Shown piece after piece: positions 38,422 through 49,034 of a DNA stretch of 64,000 nt (its first letter is position 1; each line of letters begins with the position of its first letter). The stretch lies in assembly GCA_963825355.1 (NCBI GenBank), contig CAWGSY010000001.1:1074-65073 (forward strand), given 5' to 3'. A program made the position numbers and the translations under genes. Below the pieces are notes generated by a model. It saw only the letters and a program-made list of their open reading frames with translations, was not told where the DNA came from and ran no database searches. The stretch comes from an uncultured Verrucomicrobiae bacterium. GTDB taxonomy: Bacteria > Verrucomicrobiota > Verrucomicrobiia > Chthoniobacterales > UBA10450.

Positions 38422-39383
38422 AAAACGACCGGTTTTCCCTCAGTCATCACGAGCACCTTTTTCTCGATTCCGTGCGCGCGCGCGGCTGCAAGCAAACGCT
38501 GTGGCGGTTCGTGTAGCGGCTCGAAACCGAGGGGGAACGTTCCGTAATGCATCGGGATTAGCATTTTGGCGCGCAGCTCGAGAAAAGCTCTTACCGCCTC
38601 TTCGGGATTCATGTGAACCTCGCGGCCTGTAGGCGCTTCATAAGCGCCTATGGGAAGCAACGCGAGGTCGACACTGAAGCGGTCGCCAATTTCTTTGAAG
38701 CCCGGGAAATAAGCCGTGTCGCCACAATGAAAAATCGTGCGGCCATTCGACGCGATTACAAACCCGCCGAAATCGCGGTGCGAATCCGCTAGAAACCGGG
38801 CTCCCCAATGGTGACACGGCGTGAGCGAAATCTTAAGCGGCCCGAGTTCGAGGCTCTGCCAATAGTCGAGTTCGTGCACGATGTGAAACCCAAGATCGTG
38901 GACCAGGTTTCCCACTCCTGTGGGGACAACGATTGGTTGGTCCGCAGCTACGCGCCGCAGTGTGCGCCGGTCGAGATGATCAAAATGCGCATGGGTCACG
39001 AGCACGAAGTCAATTGAAGGGAGGTGATGAATTTCAAAGCCAGGCTGTTTCAGTCGTTTTATGACCTTGAGCCATTTCGACCAAATCGGATCGATCAAGA
39101 TATTGACCTCATGCGTTTGAATGAGAAATGAAGCGTGGCCGATCCAGGTAATGCAGATCTGGCCTTCGCGGATCTTAGGAAATTCCGGCGGCACATATTC
39201 GCCGGATCGCTTTACAAACAGCGATGGAATTAAAACGCTCGTCAGAAAATTGCGTTTGTGCCAATCGGACCGCGGACGCAGCCGGACGCGAGTGGAATGC
39301 CGTCCGATTGGAGTGGAAGTATCGCCGTCTTGCGCCTGGCGAACAATATTTCGCCGTTTGTTTTTAGGAAAGCGCATTGGCAC
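38418..39383 (-). CDS. MBL-fold metallo-hydrolase (NAPE-PLD-like)
   Basis: 'VLVTHAHFDHLD' (HxHxDH), 'GDTAYFPGFKEIG' and 'LLPIGAYEP'-type motifs. Confidence 0.8.
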   Translation of the reverse strand: MPMRFPKNKRRNIVRQAQDGDTSTPIGRHSTRVRLRPRSDWHKRNFLTSVLIPSLFVKRSGEYVPPEFPKIREGQICITWIGHASFLIQTHEVNILIDPIWSKWLKVIKRLKQPGFEIHHLPSIDFVLVTHAHFDHLDRRTLRRVAADQPIVVPTGVGNLVHDLGFHIVHELDYWQSLELGPLKISLTPCHHWGARFLADSHRDFGGFVIASNGRTIFHCGDTAYFPGFKEIGDRFSVDLALLPIGAYEAPTGREVHMNPEEAVRAFLELRAKMLIPMHYGTFPLGFEPLHEPPQRLLAAARAHGIEKKVLVMTEGKPVVL

Positions 39384-39510
39384 CGTCTTAGAAGGATATG
39401 GGACAGTTACGAAGTGGAAAGCGTTAAAACGTTACGAACTCTAGACATATCGGACCCGGTAAGCGTCCGACTTGTAACTTTCTGCAACCGACGTTCAGTT
39501 AATCCTTCAT

Positions 39511-40398
39511 ATGAGGAGCTGGAGCGTCTGGATCATACTGCTTTTGATTTGTTCCGCCGGGATGGCGTCTGAATCGCGCTTGCCGTTCGGCACTGTGTTC
39601 AAGGGGCAGGATCAATTCAATCGCCTGGTTGCCAAGGCCAAATCGGAGAATTGGAAATCACTGCCAATCGGCGATCGGACTGCGGCGGTTGGAAAAGCGC
39701 TGGTCGGCACGCATTACAAGCATTTCACTCTAGAGATCGACAACCGCATCGAATCGCCTTCGGTAAACTTCTACGGCATGGACTGCTGGACGTTTTTCGA
39801 GACGGCACTTGGCTTCGCCCGAATGTTAAACGAGCCGGAATCAAATTGGACTCCAGAACGTTTACTGCACTACATCGAGATGGACCGTTATCGAGGCGGC
39901 GAATGCACGGGCGATTATCTTTCGCGGCTGCACTATCTGGAAGACTGGCTTTACGATAACGATCGCCGCGGCTTGGTTAACGACATGACGCGTGAGCTTG
40001 GTGGACACAGCGTGCCGCATTCTGCCCGCGAGATGAGCGTTGGCTGGCGGCATTATCGTTATCTTGCTTCGAATAGCTCTTTGCTCGGGCCCCTTGCGCG
40101 AATGGAAGCAAATGTTTCGTCGCGGCCGCTTTATGAGATTCCAAAAAGCCAGGTGGCCAGTATCGAGCCGAAATTGCGTAGCGGCGACGTCATTGGCGTG
40201 ATCTCACGCGAGCGAAACGGGTTGCACTCCACGGCGCATGTAGGCCTGGCACTGCGCTCGAGCGACGGCGTTTTGCATTTCATGCACGCTTCCTCGCCGA
40301 GCAATTCCGGCAAAGTTATCGTGGACGACGAGCTCTCGAAATATCTCTATCGCTACGGCTCAGACAGCGGAATCCTCGTGGCGCGGCCTTTGCGATAA
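39511..40398 (+). CDS. DUF1460 family secreted protein (amidase-like)
   Basis: Signal peptide, then 'ALVGTHYKHFTLEIDNRIESPSVNFYGMDCWTFFETALGFARML', which I recall as the DUF1460 core. Confidence 0.6.
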   Translation: MRSWSVWIILLLICSAGMASESRLPFGTVFKGQDQFNRLVAKAKSENWKSLPIGDRTAAVGKALVGTHYKHFTLEIDNRIESPSVNFYGMDCWTFFETALGFARMLNEPESNWTPERLLHYIEMDRYRGGECTGDYLSRLHYLEDWLYDNDRRGLVNDMTRELGGHSVPHSAREMSVGWRHYRYLASNSSLLGPLARMEANVSSRPLYEIPKSQVASIEPKLRSGDVIGVISRERNGLHSTAHVGLALRSSDGVLHFMHASSPSNSGKVIVDDELSKYLYRYGSDSGILVARPLR

Positions 40399-40464
40399 GG
40401 CCAACTATATTTCTGCCGGTGATTCGGGTCTTGCGCTGACGGTCGCCAAAACGAGAATCCAAAA

Positions 40465-41427
40465 ATGAAATGCGTAAAGCTTTTAGCATCGGTCTCGCTC
40501 TTTCTCGCCACAGCAGCCTACTGTCACGGCGAAACGAAAATTCGCGTTGGGCATTTTCCAAACATCACCCACGCACAAGGGATCGTCGCGCACGCGCTTT
40601 CGCGTCAGGGAAAAGGTTGGTTTGAACAACGGCTCGGCCCCGACGTGAAAATCGAGTGGTTCATTTACAACGCGGGTCCGAGCGCGATGGAAGCCATTTT
40701 CGCAAAATCGATTGATCTGACCTATGTCGGTCCCGGACCCGCACTCAACGCTTATACCAAATCCAATGGACAAGAGATCCGTCTGATCGCGGGAGCGGCC
40801 AATGGCGGCGCGGGTTTGGTTGTGCAGCCTGATGAAAATCTAAAGGCGCCGGCGGATTTTCGAGGTAAGAAAATCGCGACGCCGCAATTGGGGAACACGC
40901 AGGACATTTCGTGTCGAGCATGGCTGACGGAGGGGGGACTTAAGATCACGCAGCTCGGGGGCGATGCCCAGGTAATTCCAACACAAAATCCTGATCAGTT
41001 AAGCCTTTTTAAAGCCAAGAAAATAGATGGAGTTTGGACTGTCGAACCTTGGCTAACTCGGCTGGAACAGGAAGCCTCCGGAAAGGTTATCGTCGAAGAA
41101 AAAGACTCGCCAACGACAGTTCTGGTTTCGAGCGCAAAGTTCCTGAGTCAACAGCGCGAACTAGCAAAAAAATTCGCCAACGCGCATGCGGAGTTGACCC
41201 AGTGGATCACAAAAAACCCGGAAGAAGCGCAGCGTTTGATCAAGGCGGAACTGCTGGCAGAAACGAAGAGTGATAGGAGCCCGCAACTTATCGACGCGGC
41301 ATGGAAACGCATTGTGTTTACCGAGGTAACTCCGCACGCAGCAGTAGAGAAATTTTTACAGAACTCGGTCAAAGCCGGCTTCATAAAAACAGCACCTGAT
41401 CTTTCCAAGCTGTTCGAAAATCCCTGA
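40465..41427 (+). CDS. ABC transporter substrate-binding protein, NitT/TauT (sulfonate/nitrate/taurine) family
   Basis: Signal peptide, then 'KIRVGHFPNITHAQ' and 'YNAGPSAMEAIFAKSIDLTYVGPGPAL', typical of SsuA/TauA-like binding proteins. Confidence 0.75.
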   Translation: MKCVKLLASVSLFLATAAYCHGETKIRVGHFPNITHAQGIVAHALSRQGKGWFEQRLGPDVKIEWFIYNAGPSAMEAIFAKSIDLTYVGPGPALNAYTKSNGQEIRLIAGAANGGAGLVVQPDENLKAPADFRGKKIATPQLGNTQDISCRAWLTEGGLKITQLGGDAQVIPTQNPDQLSLFKAKKIDGVWTVEPWLTRLEQEASGKVIVEEKDSPTTVLVSSAKFLSQQRELAKKFANAHAELTQWITKNPEEAQRLIKAELLAETKSDRSPQLIDAAWKRIVFTEVTPHAAVEKFLQNSVKAGFIKTAPDLSKLFENP

Positions 41428-42246
41428 TGTCGCTGCAGGAAGAGCTCCGAGGTCCGCCGCCTGCAAAGCTGGTGGTGGACCATGTTTCAAAATGGTTCCG
41501 ACAAAAGCGACAAACCGTTCACGCGCTGGATGATGTCTCGCTGGAAGTCGCCGAAGGTGAGTTCATCGTCATGGTTGGCCCGAGCGGGCGCGGAAAATCA
41601 ACGTTGCTCGACATCATCGCGGGACTGGAAAAGCCAGACAAAGGCCGGGTGCTTGCGGACAATCAGCCCGTTCTTCGGCCGGGACGGCATCGACTGGTCA
41701 TGTTTCAAGAATCGGCGCTATTTCCGTGGTTAAATGTTTTCGGCAATGTGATGTTTGGTTTGAAACTCAAACCCGGTTTGCGCAGTCGGGAGCGGCGCGA
41801 GGTTGCAAAATTATTCCTTCATCTGGTCGGCCTTGAAAAATTTTTGGAATCCAACGTGCACGAACTTTCCGGCGGTATGAAGCAGCGGGTGGCGTTGGCG
41901 CGCGCGCTCGCGCCGAACCCGCGCGTGCTACTCATGGACGAACCCTTCGCCGCGCTCGACGCCATGACCCGCGAACAACTCACAACTCTATGGCGACATC
42001 CAACAGATTTGGCAGAAACGTCGTAAGACGATCGTCTTCGTTACCCACAATGTGCGTGAAGCGGCTTGTCTTGCGGATCGAGTAGTGATCATGTCGCCGA
42101 CGCCTGGGCGGATCCGCGAGATTTTCGAAATCAAACTGCCGCGGCCGCGCGATTTCAACAGCATCGAGATCGCTCGGCATGCGTCGCAATTGGCGGGAGT
42201 ACTAAAAGGTTACCTAGCGCCGGAACCGGTGGTATGCGTAGAATAA
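41427..42246 (+). CDS. ABC transporter ATP-binding protein (SsuB/TauB-like); frameshift near 41975-41990
   Basis: Walker A 'GPSGRGKST', signature 'LSGGMKQRVALARAL' and Walker B 'LLMDEPFAALD' are in 41427..42026. The H-loop 'TIVFVTHNVREA' continues in the frame of 42052..42246. Confidence 0.8.
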
Positions 42247-43012
42247 GAAGAGCTTCGCTGGCGATTTTGTTTTTCGTCGCGCTCGTGGCGATTTGGGCCG
42301 CACTAAGTACCACGCGGAAATTTGGTCACCAGTTCTATTGCCCTCTCCGCGCAACGTTTTTGATTATCTCGTTAATGCTGCACGCGATGGTACTCTCGTA
42401 AGCGCTTCAGGCGTCACGTTACGGCGTCTGATCATTGGGTATTTCATCGGCCTCGCGATTGGATTGCCACTTGGGCTTCTAACTGCATCTTTGACATTTG
42501 CAGCAGACACGGTCGGTGTCCTCGCACTTGGCCTGCAAACATTGCCGAGCGTCTGCTGGGTTCCACTGGCGTTGCTATGGTTCGGGCAGACCGAAGGCGC
42601 CATGCTCTTCGTCGTTATCATGGGTACAGTCTGGTCAGTCGTGATCGCCACAGATACCGGCGTTCGCACGATTTCGCCGATCTATGCGTGAGCTGCCCGA
42701 ACGATGGGATCCGGCCCATTCCATCGGTGGATTCGCGTCATTTTACCCGCATCCCTGCCTCATTTGACCAGCGGGATGAAACAAGGCTGGGCGTTTGCAT
42801 GACGGTCATTGATGGCGGCGGAGATTTACGTGACGATTCTCACCGGATTCGGTCTCGGACATCTGCTTCACTATGGTCGCGAGCTAAGCGCGATGGATCA
42901 GGTGATCGGCATCATGTTGGTAATCGTTGTGATTGGTTTGCTTGCCGATAAGATCTTGTTTTCCCCGTGGGAGCGATTCTTGCACCGACGTTGGGGAACC
43001 GGCCGGACGTGA
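42234..43012 (+). pseudogene. ABC transporter permease (SsuC/TauC-like) with one frameshift (about 42300) and two in-frame TGA codons (42689-42691, 42800-42802)
   Basis: The N-terminus MRRIRRASLAILFFVALVAIWAAL is in one frame. The rest, 'EIWSPVLLPSPRNVFDYL...ISPIYA*AARTMGSGPFHRWIRVILPASLPHLTSGMKQGWAFA*RSLMAAEIYV...', is one continuous frame interrupted only by the two TGA codons (checked codon by codon). Confidence 0.75.
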
Positions 43013-43038
43013 GGTCTTCGGTTGCCGAGGCACGACGT

Positions 43039-44022
43039 TCAGGCAGTATAGCCGAACCGTCGGTCGAGCTCTGTTATTGCAGTGGCGGCGAATTGCTGGT
43101 CTTCCGGCGAAAGGTATTCGCGATAGCCTCCAATTTTTCCGCGACGCACCTTGAATGATTCTGGATCGCGCACATCGCCCGGATGCAGAATGTTTGAATC
43201 AAAAGCTCCTGCGGCCTCAAGTTTTTGCATATTCTCGAATCGGGAAAACTCGAGCGCCTCCTGCAAAATTTTCGCGTCCGGAGACGATTCACCAAGCACC
43301 GCAAGCAGGTCGCGGAAATGTTCGGAAGGCGAGGCGCGCAGTGCTTCGTATCTGACGAGAGTGAAATTGTCACGTTGAGAGAACTCATTAAGCCAATCGT
43401 TCATGGCATCAACGATGGCGCGCATGCCAAACTTTTCGTCACGCAACATTTCGCTGACGGTCTTTTGCTTGAGCCTAACCGGTGCGTTCGGGTCGCGCCG
43501 TGTCAGTTGTAAGTAGAGCGAAACGAAACAATCACGCGGATCTCGGGCAAGCAGGATGATCTTGGCCCGGTCAAGCTCGCGTCGCGGCACGAGATATTTG
43601 CCGCGAATTCTGTCCCACCGATCGCCTTTGGTGCGATGCTCGAAAAGATCATGAGAAAAGACAATCCGTGGAAAATCGGGCAAACCGTAACGTCCCGGAC
43701 GCAACGTGAACTCAAGGCCGAAGCGTTTACAGAAATAAGCGCAAAGAAAAGCCCGAAGCCAGGTGCGGCCACTCTTCGGGATGGAAAGAACTATGGCGTC
43801 ACCTCCTGAAAGATCCCGCGCGCGACTACTAAAGTTGCGCCGGGTCCACGTCGAATTTGTTAGGCGAAATCGCAAACTGCGCTGATGACTACCTGAGAAA
43901 TCACACATCGGTGCCAGCGCACTTTCCTTGTAATCGACCGTCGGTTCCGGTTGTGTACCGGCCAAAGAGTCAGATGTAATTTCGATCGCCATTGCTCGGG
44001 GGAATCGTCGGACTGCTTGCAT
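43039..44022 (-). CDS. PAPS-dependent sulfotransferase
   Basis: 'IPKSGRTWLRAF' (5'-PSB loop) and 'LLARDPRDCFVSLY' (3'-PB motif). Confidence 0.8.
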   Translation of the reverse strand: MQAVRRFPRAMAIEITSDSLAGTQPEPTVDYKESALAPMCDFSGSHQRSLRFRLTNSTWTRRNFSSRARDLSGGDAIVLSIPKSGRTWLRAFLCAYFCKRFGLEFTLRPGRYGLPDFPRIVFSHDLFEHRTKGDRWDRIRGKYLVPRRELDRAKIILLARDPRDCFVSLYLQLTRRDPNAPVRLKQKTVSEMLRDEKFGMRAIVDAMNDWLNEFSQRDNFTLVRYEALRASPSEHFRDLLAVLGESSPDAKILQEALEFSRFENMQKLEAAGAFDSNILHPGDVRDPESFKVRRGKIGGYREYLSPEDQQFAATAITELDRRFGYTA

Positions 44023-44061
44023 AAGACTGCAAACAGAGGTACGTATTCAAGCAGAATTTTT

Positions 44062-44417
44062 GGGGGCGTACTGGCTTCGACTCATCGTTGGAAGCGCAGA
44101 CGGCATGTCGAGGATGGTTCGTTGGCCTCGTTAAAAACCGGACCAAAACAAATAAACGCAGATCACCAAGATCTCGCTCTCGCGGCTTAATTGACCGTGA
44201 CGTTTGGAGTTGGACGCCTGCTACGGCACCAAACGTGGACAGCAGGCTAATCAAACGGCGGAGCGACCGCGCCGGATGGTGAAGGAAATTCGTGGACGCT
44301 CGGGAGCTGGCAGTGTGCCGGTGCAACGTTCGGCTCCTTAAAACTTATCGCCTGATAAACGTGTAGATGTTTGCGCGGATAGCGACGAGGACAGGGGTTC
44401 AACTCCCCTCGCCTCCA
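44062..44417 (+). ncRNA. ssrA: tmRNA (SsrA); tag ORF 44158-44190 encodes ADHQDLALAA
   Basis: The 5' 'GGGGGCGUACUGGCUUCGAC' pairs perfectly (with G3:U70) to the 3' 'CGCCUCC-A' after a T-arm 'AGGGGUUCAACUCCCCU'. The internal frame GCA GAT CAC CAA GAT CTC GCT CTC GCG GCT TAA ends in the canonical ALAA. CCA is not encoded. Confidence 0.88.
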
Positions 44418-44597
44418 GCCTTCGCTTTGAGGCATGAAAAACGAAGGCTTCAGCGGACTGAAATGAAGGCGGACTTGGATCATTTTGGGGCCCCCTCAAA
44501 GACTACGGCTTGGCAGGCCCGCTCAATGCGCAGCATCCTTGTGGCAGATGCCAAGAGTCAGAACGTTTCTGCCGAAGAGGAGATTGCTTTCGCGCAG

Positions 44598-46998
44598 CTA
44601 TGATCGCGGCGCCAGCCGGCCAGCAGTGGTCGTTTGTTGAATCACTTCGCGACGAAGCGCGCTTGTATCGCGACCTCTCGCCCGCGTCCACCACAGAACA
44701 ATTGGCGATGCGATGAAGATGGACGAATACGTTCCGACAATGACGCCGATCAGAAACGAGAAGGCGAAATCGTTTAGAACTGGGCCACCAAAGAAATACA
44801 GCGCGAGTACCGGTCAGCAAAACTGTGCCTCCGGTGAGGATCGTTCGCGACAGCGTTTCATTGATTGACGTATTCATAACTTCCGCCACTGATCCCGACA
44901 ATCGATCGCGCAAGCCACTCCGAATTCGGTCGAAAACGACAATCTTATCGTTGATCGAGTAACCGGCGATCGTTAGGACCGCAGCCACCATAATCAGAGA
45001 AAGCTCGCGACCGCTCAATGCGAAGATGCCGATAGTGATGATAAGGTCGTGCGCCAACGCAGCGAGTGAAGCCACGGCAAACGATGTCGCAAACCGGAAA
45101 CTCACGTACACGAAAATTCCCAGAAGACCGAGCGCAAGAGCCAGCGCGCTTTTTGTCGCCAGCTCTTTTCCGACCAGCGCACCGACGTGGTCGGTCTGTT
45201 CGAACTTCAGACCTGCAGCCGGCAACGCTTCGCTCAGCCGCGCTTTGATTTTATCGGCGGCGCCTGAATCAGCTCGAATGCTGATGAGATCGCGATTCGC
45301 CACCTTTTCCGATTGGATAACGCTATTTTGAAACCCGGTATGGGCCAGCGCGCTGCGTACTTCATCAGGCGTCAGCTTCTGCGACGCAGAAATAACGAGC
45401 AAATCGCCTCCTCTGAAATCGGCACCGAGAATGCGCTGACCTTTCATGAACAAAATGCCAAGGCACAGAAGCATAGCCACTGCCGATATGGAGACGAACT
45501 TGGGCGCGTTTCCGAGGAAGTCGAACCCTTTGGAACGAATGAGGTGAAGCATGGACACGCGCTTTAGCCAGCCGAGCGCGAATGCCCAGGAAAAACAGGT
45601 GTATGTGACCAGCAGCGACGAAAACATTGATGCCACGATGCCGATAGTCAGCGTGAGTGCGAAACCCTTAACCGGTCCACTTGCCAGCCAGAAAAGAATC
45701 GCGGCTGTAAGAAACTGGGTAACGTGCGCGTCGAAAATAGCGCTGAACGCTTTTCGATAGGAGGTGTCAATGGCCACACGAAGCGACTTCCCCTGTTTAA
45801 TTTCATCCCGAAGCCGTTCGTAGATCAGAACATTCGCATCCACCGCAATTCCCAAGCTGAGAATAAGGCCAGCGATACCGGGAAGTGTCAGGACGCTGTT
45901 GAACATCCCCAGCACGCCAACCACCATGACGCAGTTGATAGCCAAGGCTATGTCGGCAATGAGACCAACTAACCGGTAGTAAATGATCATGAACACGACT
46001 ACCAGGATAAAGCCCGCAATACCTGAATAGATGCCGCTCTTGATCGAATCGCTGCCGAGGCTGGCTGAAACCTGGCGTTCCTCTTCGATCTTGACTGGCG
46101 TTTGCAGCGGATTCTCCAATACGCTCGCGAGATTGCGGGCCTCTGGTTCGTCCATTCGTCCGCCGCTGATGACCGCGTTACCACCGTAAATGGCTGTCCG
46201 AATAACAGGCGCGGATTGAATTGCGCCATCAAGGACAATCGCGAAGCGATGGTTCACATTTGCTTCAGTGATTTGGCCGAAAGTTTTGGCCCCTTCAGTG
46301 TCGAACCTGAGTGTGACTTCCCATCCTTCCTGACCGTATCCGGCGGCCGCTTGCGAAACATGGTTGCCGCCGAGATCTGCTTTCTTTTTGACGAGCAAAC
46401 GTTCTTCGATCGGCTTTCCACCCTGAACTTGTTGTTTGTAAGTTTCGATGTGGTATTCCGGCGGAATAACTTCCTTCCCGTCGTCAATCGCTTTCAAACG
46501 TTGACCATTGTCCGGATATACAAGGCGGAACTCTAGTTTGGCTACGCGTGAAAGTTGCTCGCGGGCCTCTTGAATATTGGCCGCGTCAAGGCCCGGGATT
46601 TGGACCAGGATACGATCGCTGCCTTGGGGCGTGATAATCGGCTCGCTTACCCCGAAACGGTCGACGCGTTTGCGAATGGCTTCGATCGCCTGATCTACCA
46701 TCGCTTTTGTAATTGGCCGCTTTCCACCGTCGGCGCTTGCTGGCGGCTCGAGTCGAATCAGAAACGAAGTGCCGCCTTGAAGATCGAGGCCGAGATGGAT
46801 CTTCCCTCGACGAATCACCGTCCCATCCGGCCGTTTCTGGTCGAGAGGCGGATAAGTCGACCACAGGCAAAACACCGTGACCACGATTGTGAGCACAGTC
46901 CCCAGAATGCGCCGTAACCGGTCGGTTTCGGTCGCGAAATACCAGCCGAACAGCACCAGTATGGCGAGCCCAATAAAAAAAGTGAGCACCGGGGTCAT
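44598..46998 (-). CDS. secDF: Protein translocase subunit SecDF (fused); frameshift near 44810
   Basis: ORF 44503..46998 covers SecD and most of SecF. After '[11 protein letters not shown]' a 1-nt shift restores '[41 protein letters not shown]...', ending at a TAG (44598-44600). Confidence 0.88.
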
Positions 46999-47079
46999 GG
47001 AATTTTCGATCCTCGATTTTCGATTCTCAATTTGCTCATCGGGCTATTCGGTCCGGTTTAGTAACGGAAACCTTTTATC

Positions 47080-47400
47080 TTACGCCTCTTTCAGCACGTT
47101 CGTAATCGCCGATTTGTCCATCTCGATTTTTACGTTGTCGGCCACTTTCACGAGCACTGTAGTTTCTTTTACGTTCGAAATGAGACCGTGAATGCCGCCG
47201 TTGGTCACCACGCGGTCACCGGTTTTCAAGCTTGTAATCATTTTCTGTTGCTGTTCCTGCCGCTTCTTTTGCGGCCGGATCATGACAAAATACATGATGA
47301 TGAAAATGAAAATAAGCGGTACGAAAAACGAGCCAATGCCGCCGCCGGGCATGGGTCCAGGTGCTCCCGTTTGAGCCTGAGCGAAAATTATGCAGAGCAT
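47080..47400 (-). CDS. yajC: Preprotein translocase subunit YajC
   Basis: 'FIIMYFVMIRPQKKRQEQQQKMITSLKTGDRVVTNGGIHGLI' is the YajC signature. Start chosen at 47400. Confidence 0.88.
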   Translation of the reverse strand: MLCIIFAQAQTGAPGPMPGGGIGSFFVPLIFIFIIMYFVMIRPQKKRQEQQQKMITSLKTGDRVVTNGGIHGLISNVKETTVLVKVADNVKIEMDKSAITNVLKEA

Positions 47401-47560
47401 ATCGAAAATTGGAGAGCGCACCTTAAGCACGAACACGCGCGCTGCAATCGTTCTTTCGCGTCGCTCGTATTATGGGCCCCAATCTGCGTAGCGCTGTGGC
47501 CACGTCTTGTTTCAGTTGATGAAAAATTGATCGCTCGTGCTAATCTCAGTTTCCTAATCG

Positions 47561-47633
47561 GGGGGTATAGCTCAGCTGGTAGAGCGTCTCGTTCGCAATG
47601 AGAAGGCCAGGGGTTCGAATCCCCTTACCTCCA
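47561..47633 (+). tRNA. tRNA-Ala (anticodon CGC)
   Basis: Hand-folded cloverleaf: acceptor GGGGGUA/UACCUCC with G3:U70, D-arm GCUC-AGCUGGUA-GAGC, anticodon arm UCUCG-UUCGCAA-UGAGA, T-arm AGGGG-UUCGAAU-CCCCU, discriminator A. CCA is not encoded. Confidence 0.9.
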
Positions 47634-47781
47634 GTCTTCGCCCCTCGTCGCCAATCAGAACGGGATTGTCGCGTCAAAGGATGGCGCCGCGACCGACGAC
47701 GCGCTTTCAATGTGCTACATCAGCGCAGAGGATTAGGACTTCGAAGGAACTCTGTAGTCGCATATTGCACGATCACCGCCG

Positions 47782-48675
47782 TCATTCCGCCGTTTCGTCT
47801 ACTGCGCGCGCTTTTATCTCACGTTGTTTCCAGACAATCATCCGCTCGTACCAAGCCAGTAGCCGGCAGAACACCCATCCACGATAGCCGTCACGAAAAC
47901 CCTGCTTCCAGACATAGTGATAGAGAAAGCGCAAGCTCGGACGACAGGGGACGTTCGATGCGATTTTCTTTAGCCATCGTTTGCGTTCTACGGCTGCTCC
48001 AAAAGGAGTCGCTCTCAAGGTGGTTTGACCTTTTGTCTGGTGCAGTTTTCGGGACGCTGCTGCTTCCCAGGTGGAATAGCGATTATGTTTCTCGATGAAG
48101 GTGGCGATATCTGGAAAGGCGTAGTGCTCCATCGGGGCAGATAGATATTTAGAACGGCCATCGAGCAACACGTGCTCGTGTACTTCGTTATCGCCCGACT
48201 CGCCATTGTTGTTGATTTCGATCTGTTCGTATCGGCCGAGGCGATGCCGAAACAGCCGCAAATTCCAACTGGGAAAATAACCGCAGTGATTGATCCAGCC
48301 GCCGAGGAACCAGAAGCGGCGATTCAGATAAAACCCGTCCGCGTCGGTGCGGCTAATCACTTGACGGATCTCGCGTTCCAGTTGGGATGTGATTCGTTCG
48401 TCGGCGTCTACGATCAGCACCCATTCATGTTGCCAAGGAATATTTTCGAGTGCCCAGTTCTTCTTCCGTGGAAGGTTCCCATTCCAAACGAACTGGACGA
48501 CTCGTGCACCTGCTCCTTCGGCGATTGCTTGTGTGCGATCCGTGCTCGCGGAATCAACTACTACGATTTCCTCGGCGAATGAAACGGCGGAAATACAGTC
48601 GCGCACATTTGCCGCTTCATTCTTGACCGGGATAAGCACTGACAATGGTGCCCGCGCGTCGAATAGGTTGCTCAT
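47782..48675 (-). CDS. Family 2 glycosyltransferase
   Basis: 'LSVLIPVKNEAANV', 'VVVDSASTDRT' and 'LIVDADERI' (DxD). Confidence 0.8.
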   Translation of the reverse strand: MSNLFDARAPLSVLIPVKNEAANVRDCISAVSFAEEIVVVDSASTDRTQAIAEGAGARVVQFVWNGNLPRKKNWALENIPWQHEWVLIVDADERITSQLEREIRQVISRTDADGFYLNRRFWFLGGWINHCGYFPSWNLRLFRHRLGRYEQIEINNNGESGDNEVHEHVLLDGRSKYLSAPMEHYAFPDIATFIEKHNRYSTWEAAASRKLHQTKGQTTLRATPFGAAVERKRWLKKIASNVPCRPSLRFLYHYVWKQGFRDGYRGWVFCRLLAWYERMIVWKQREIKARAVDETAE

Positions 48676-49034
48676 TGACTAATCTCGTAATAATCCGCTC
48701 GGTTCTGAAAAGATCTTGCGATTTAATTCTCCCAGAGTTTGAGAAATCTGATTGCCAATTCAGCGGCCAGAGATAAATCGCAAACTACGCGGATTCAAGC
48801 GGACAGACAAAACCGAATCTGAAACAAGTTTGCGTCGATGTTAAGCAACTCGAACGCCAAAGTGGCATCGCTGTCGCAGTCATGAGTGACGAGCGTACAA
48901 GTTTTGTCGCGAGCTGGCTCCTATGCACGCGCTGCTACATCACGGCTTACCAAGTTGGGTGGACCTCCAGTGGCTTACCTGAACAGAAATTGTCACCTAA
49001 TTACTGCTTGCTAAAAATTACGTAAACAAGATGA

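Noticed and set aside
42689-42802. TGA reassignment (genetic code 4/25) or selenocysteine as an explanation for the in-frame TGAs
   Set aside because: TGA clearly terminates proA (5743-5745) and GT2 (4870-4872). No SECIS-like context was evident, and one site is not a Trp/Cys/Gly-type column.
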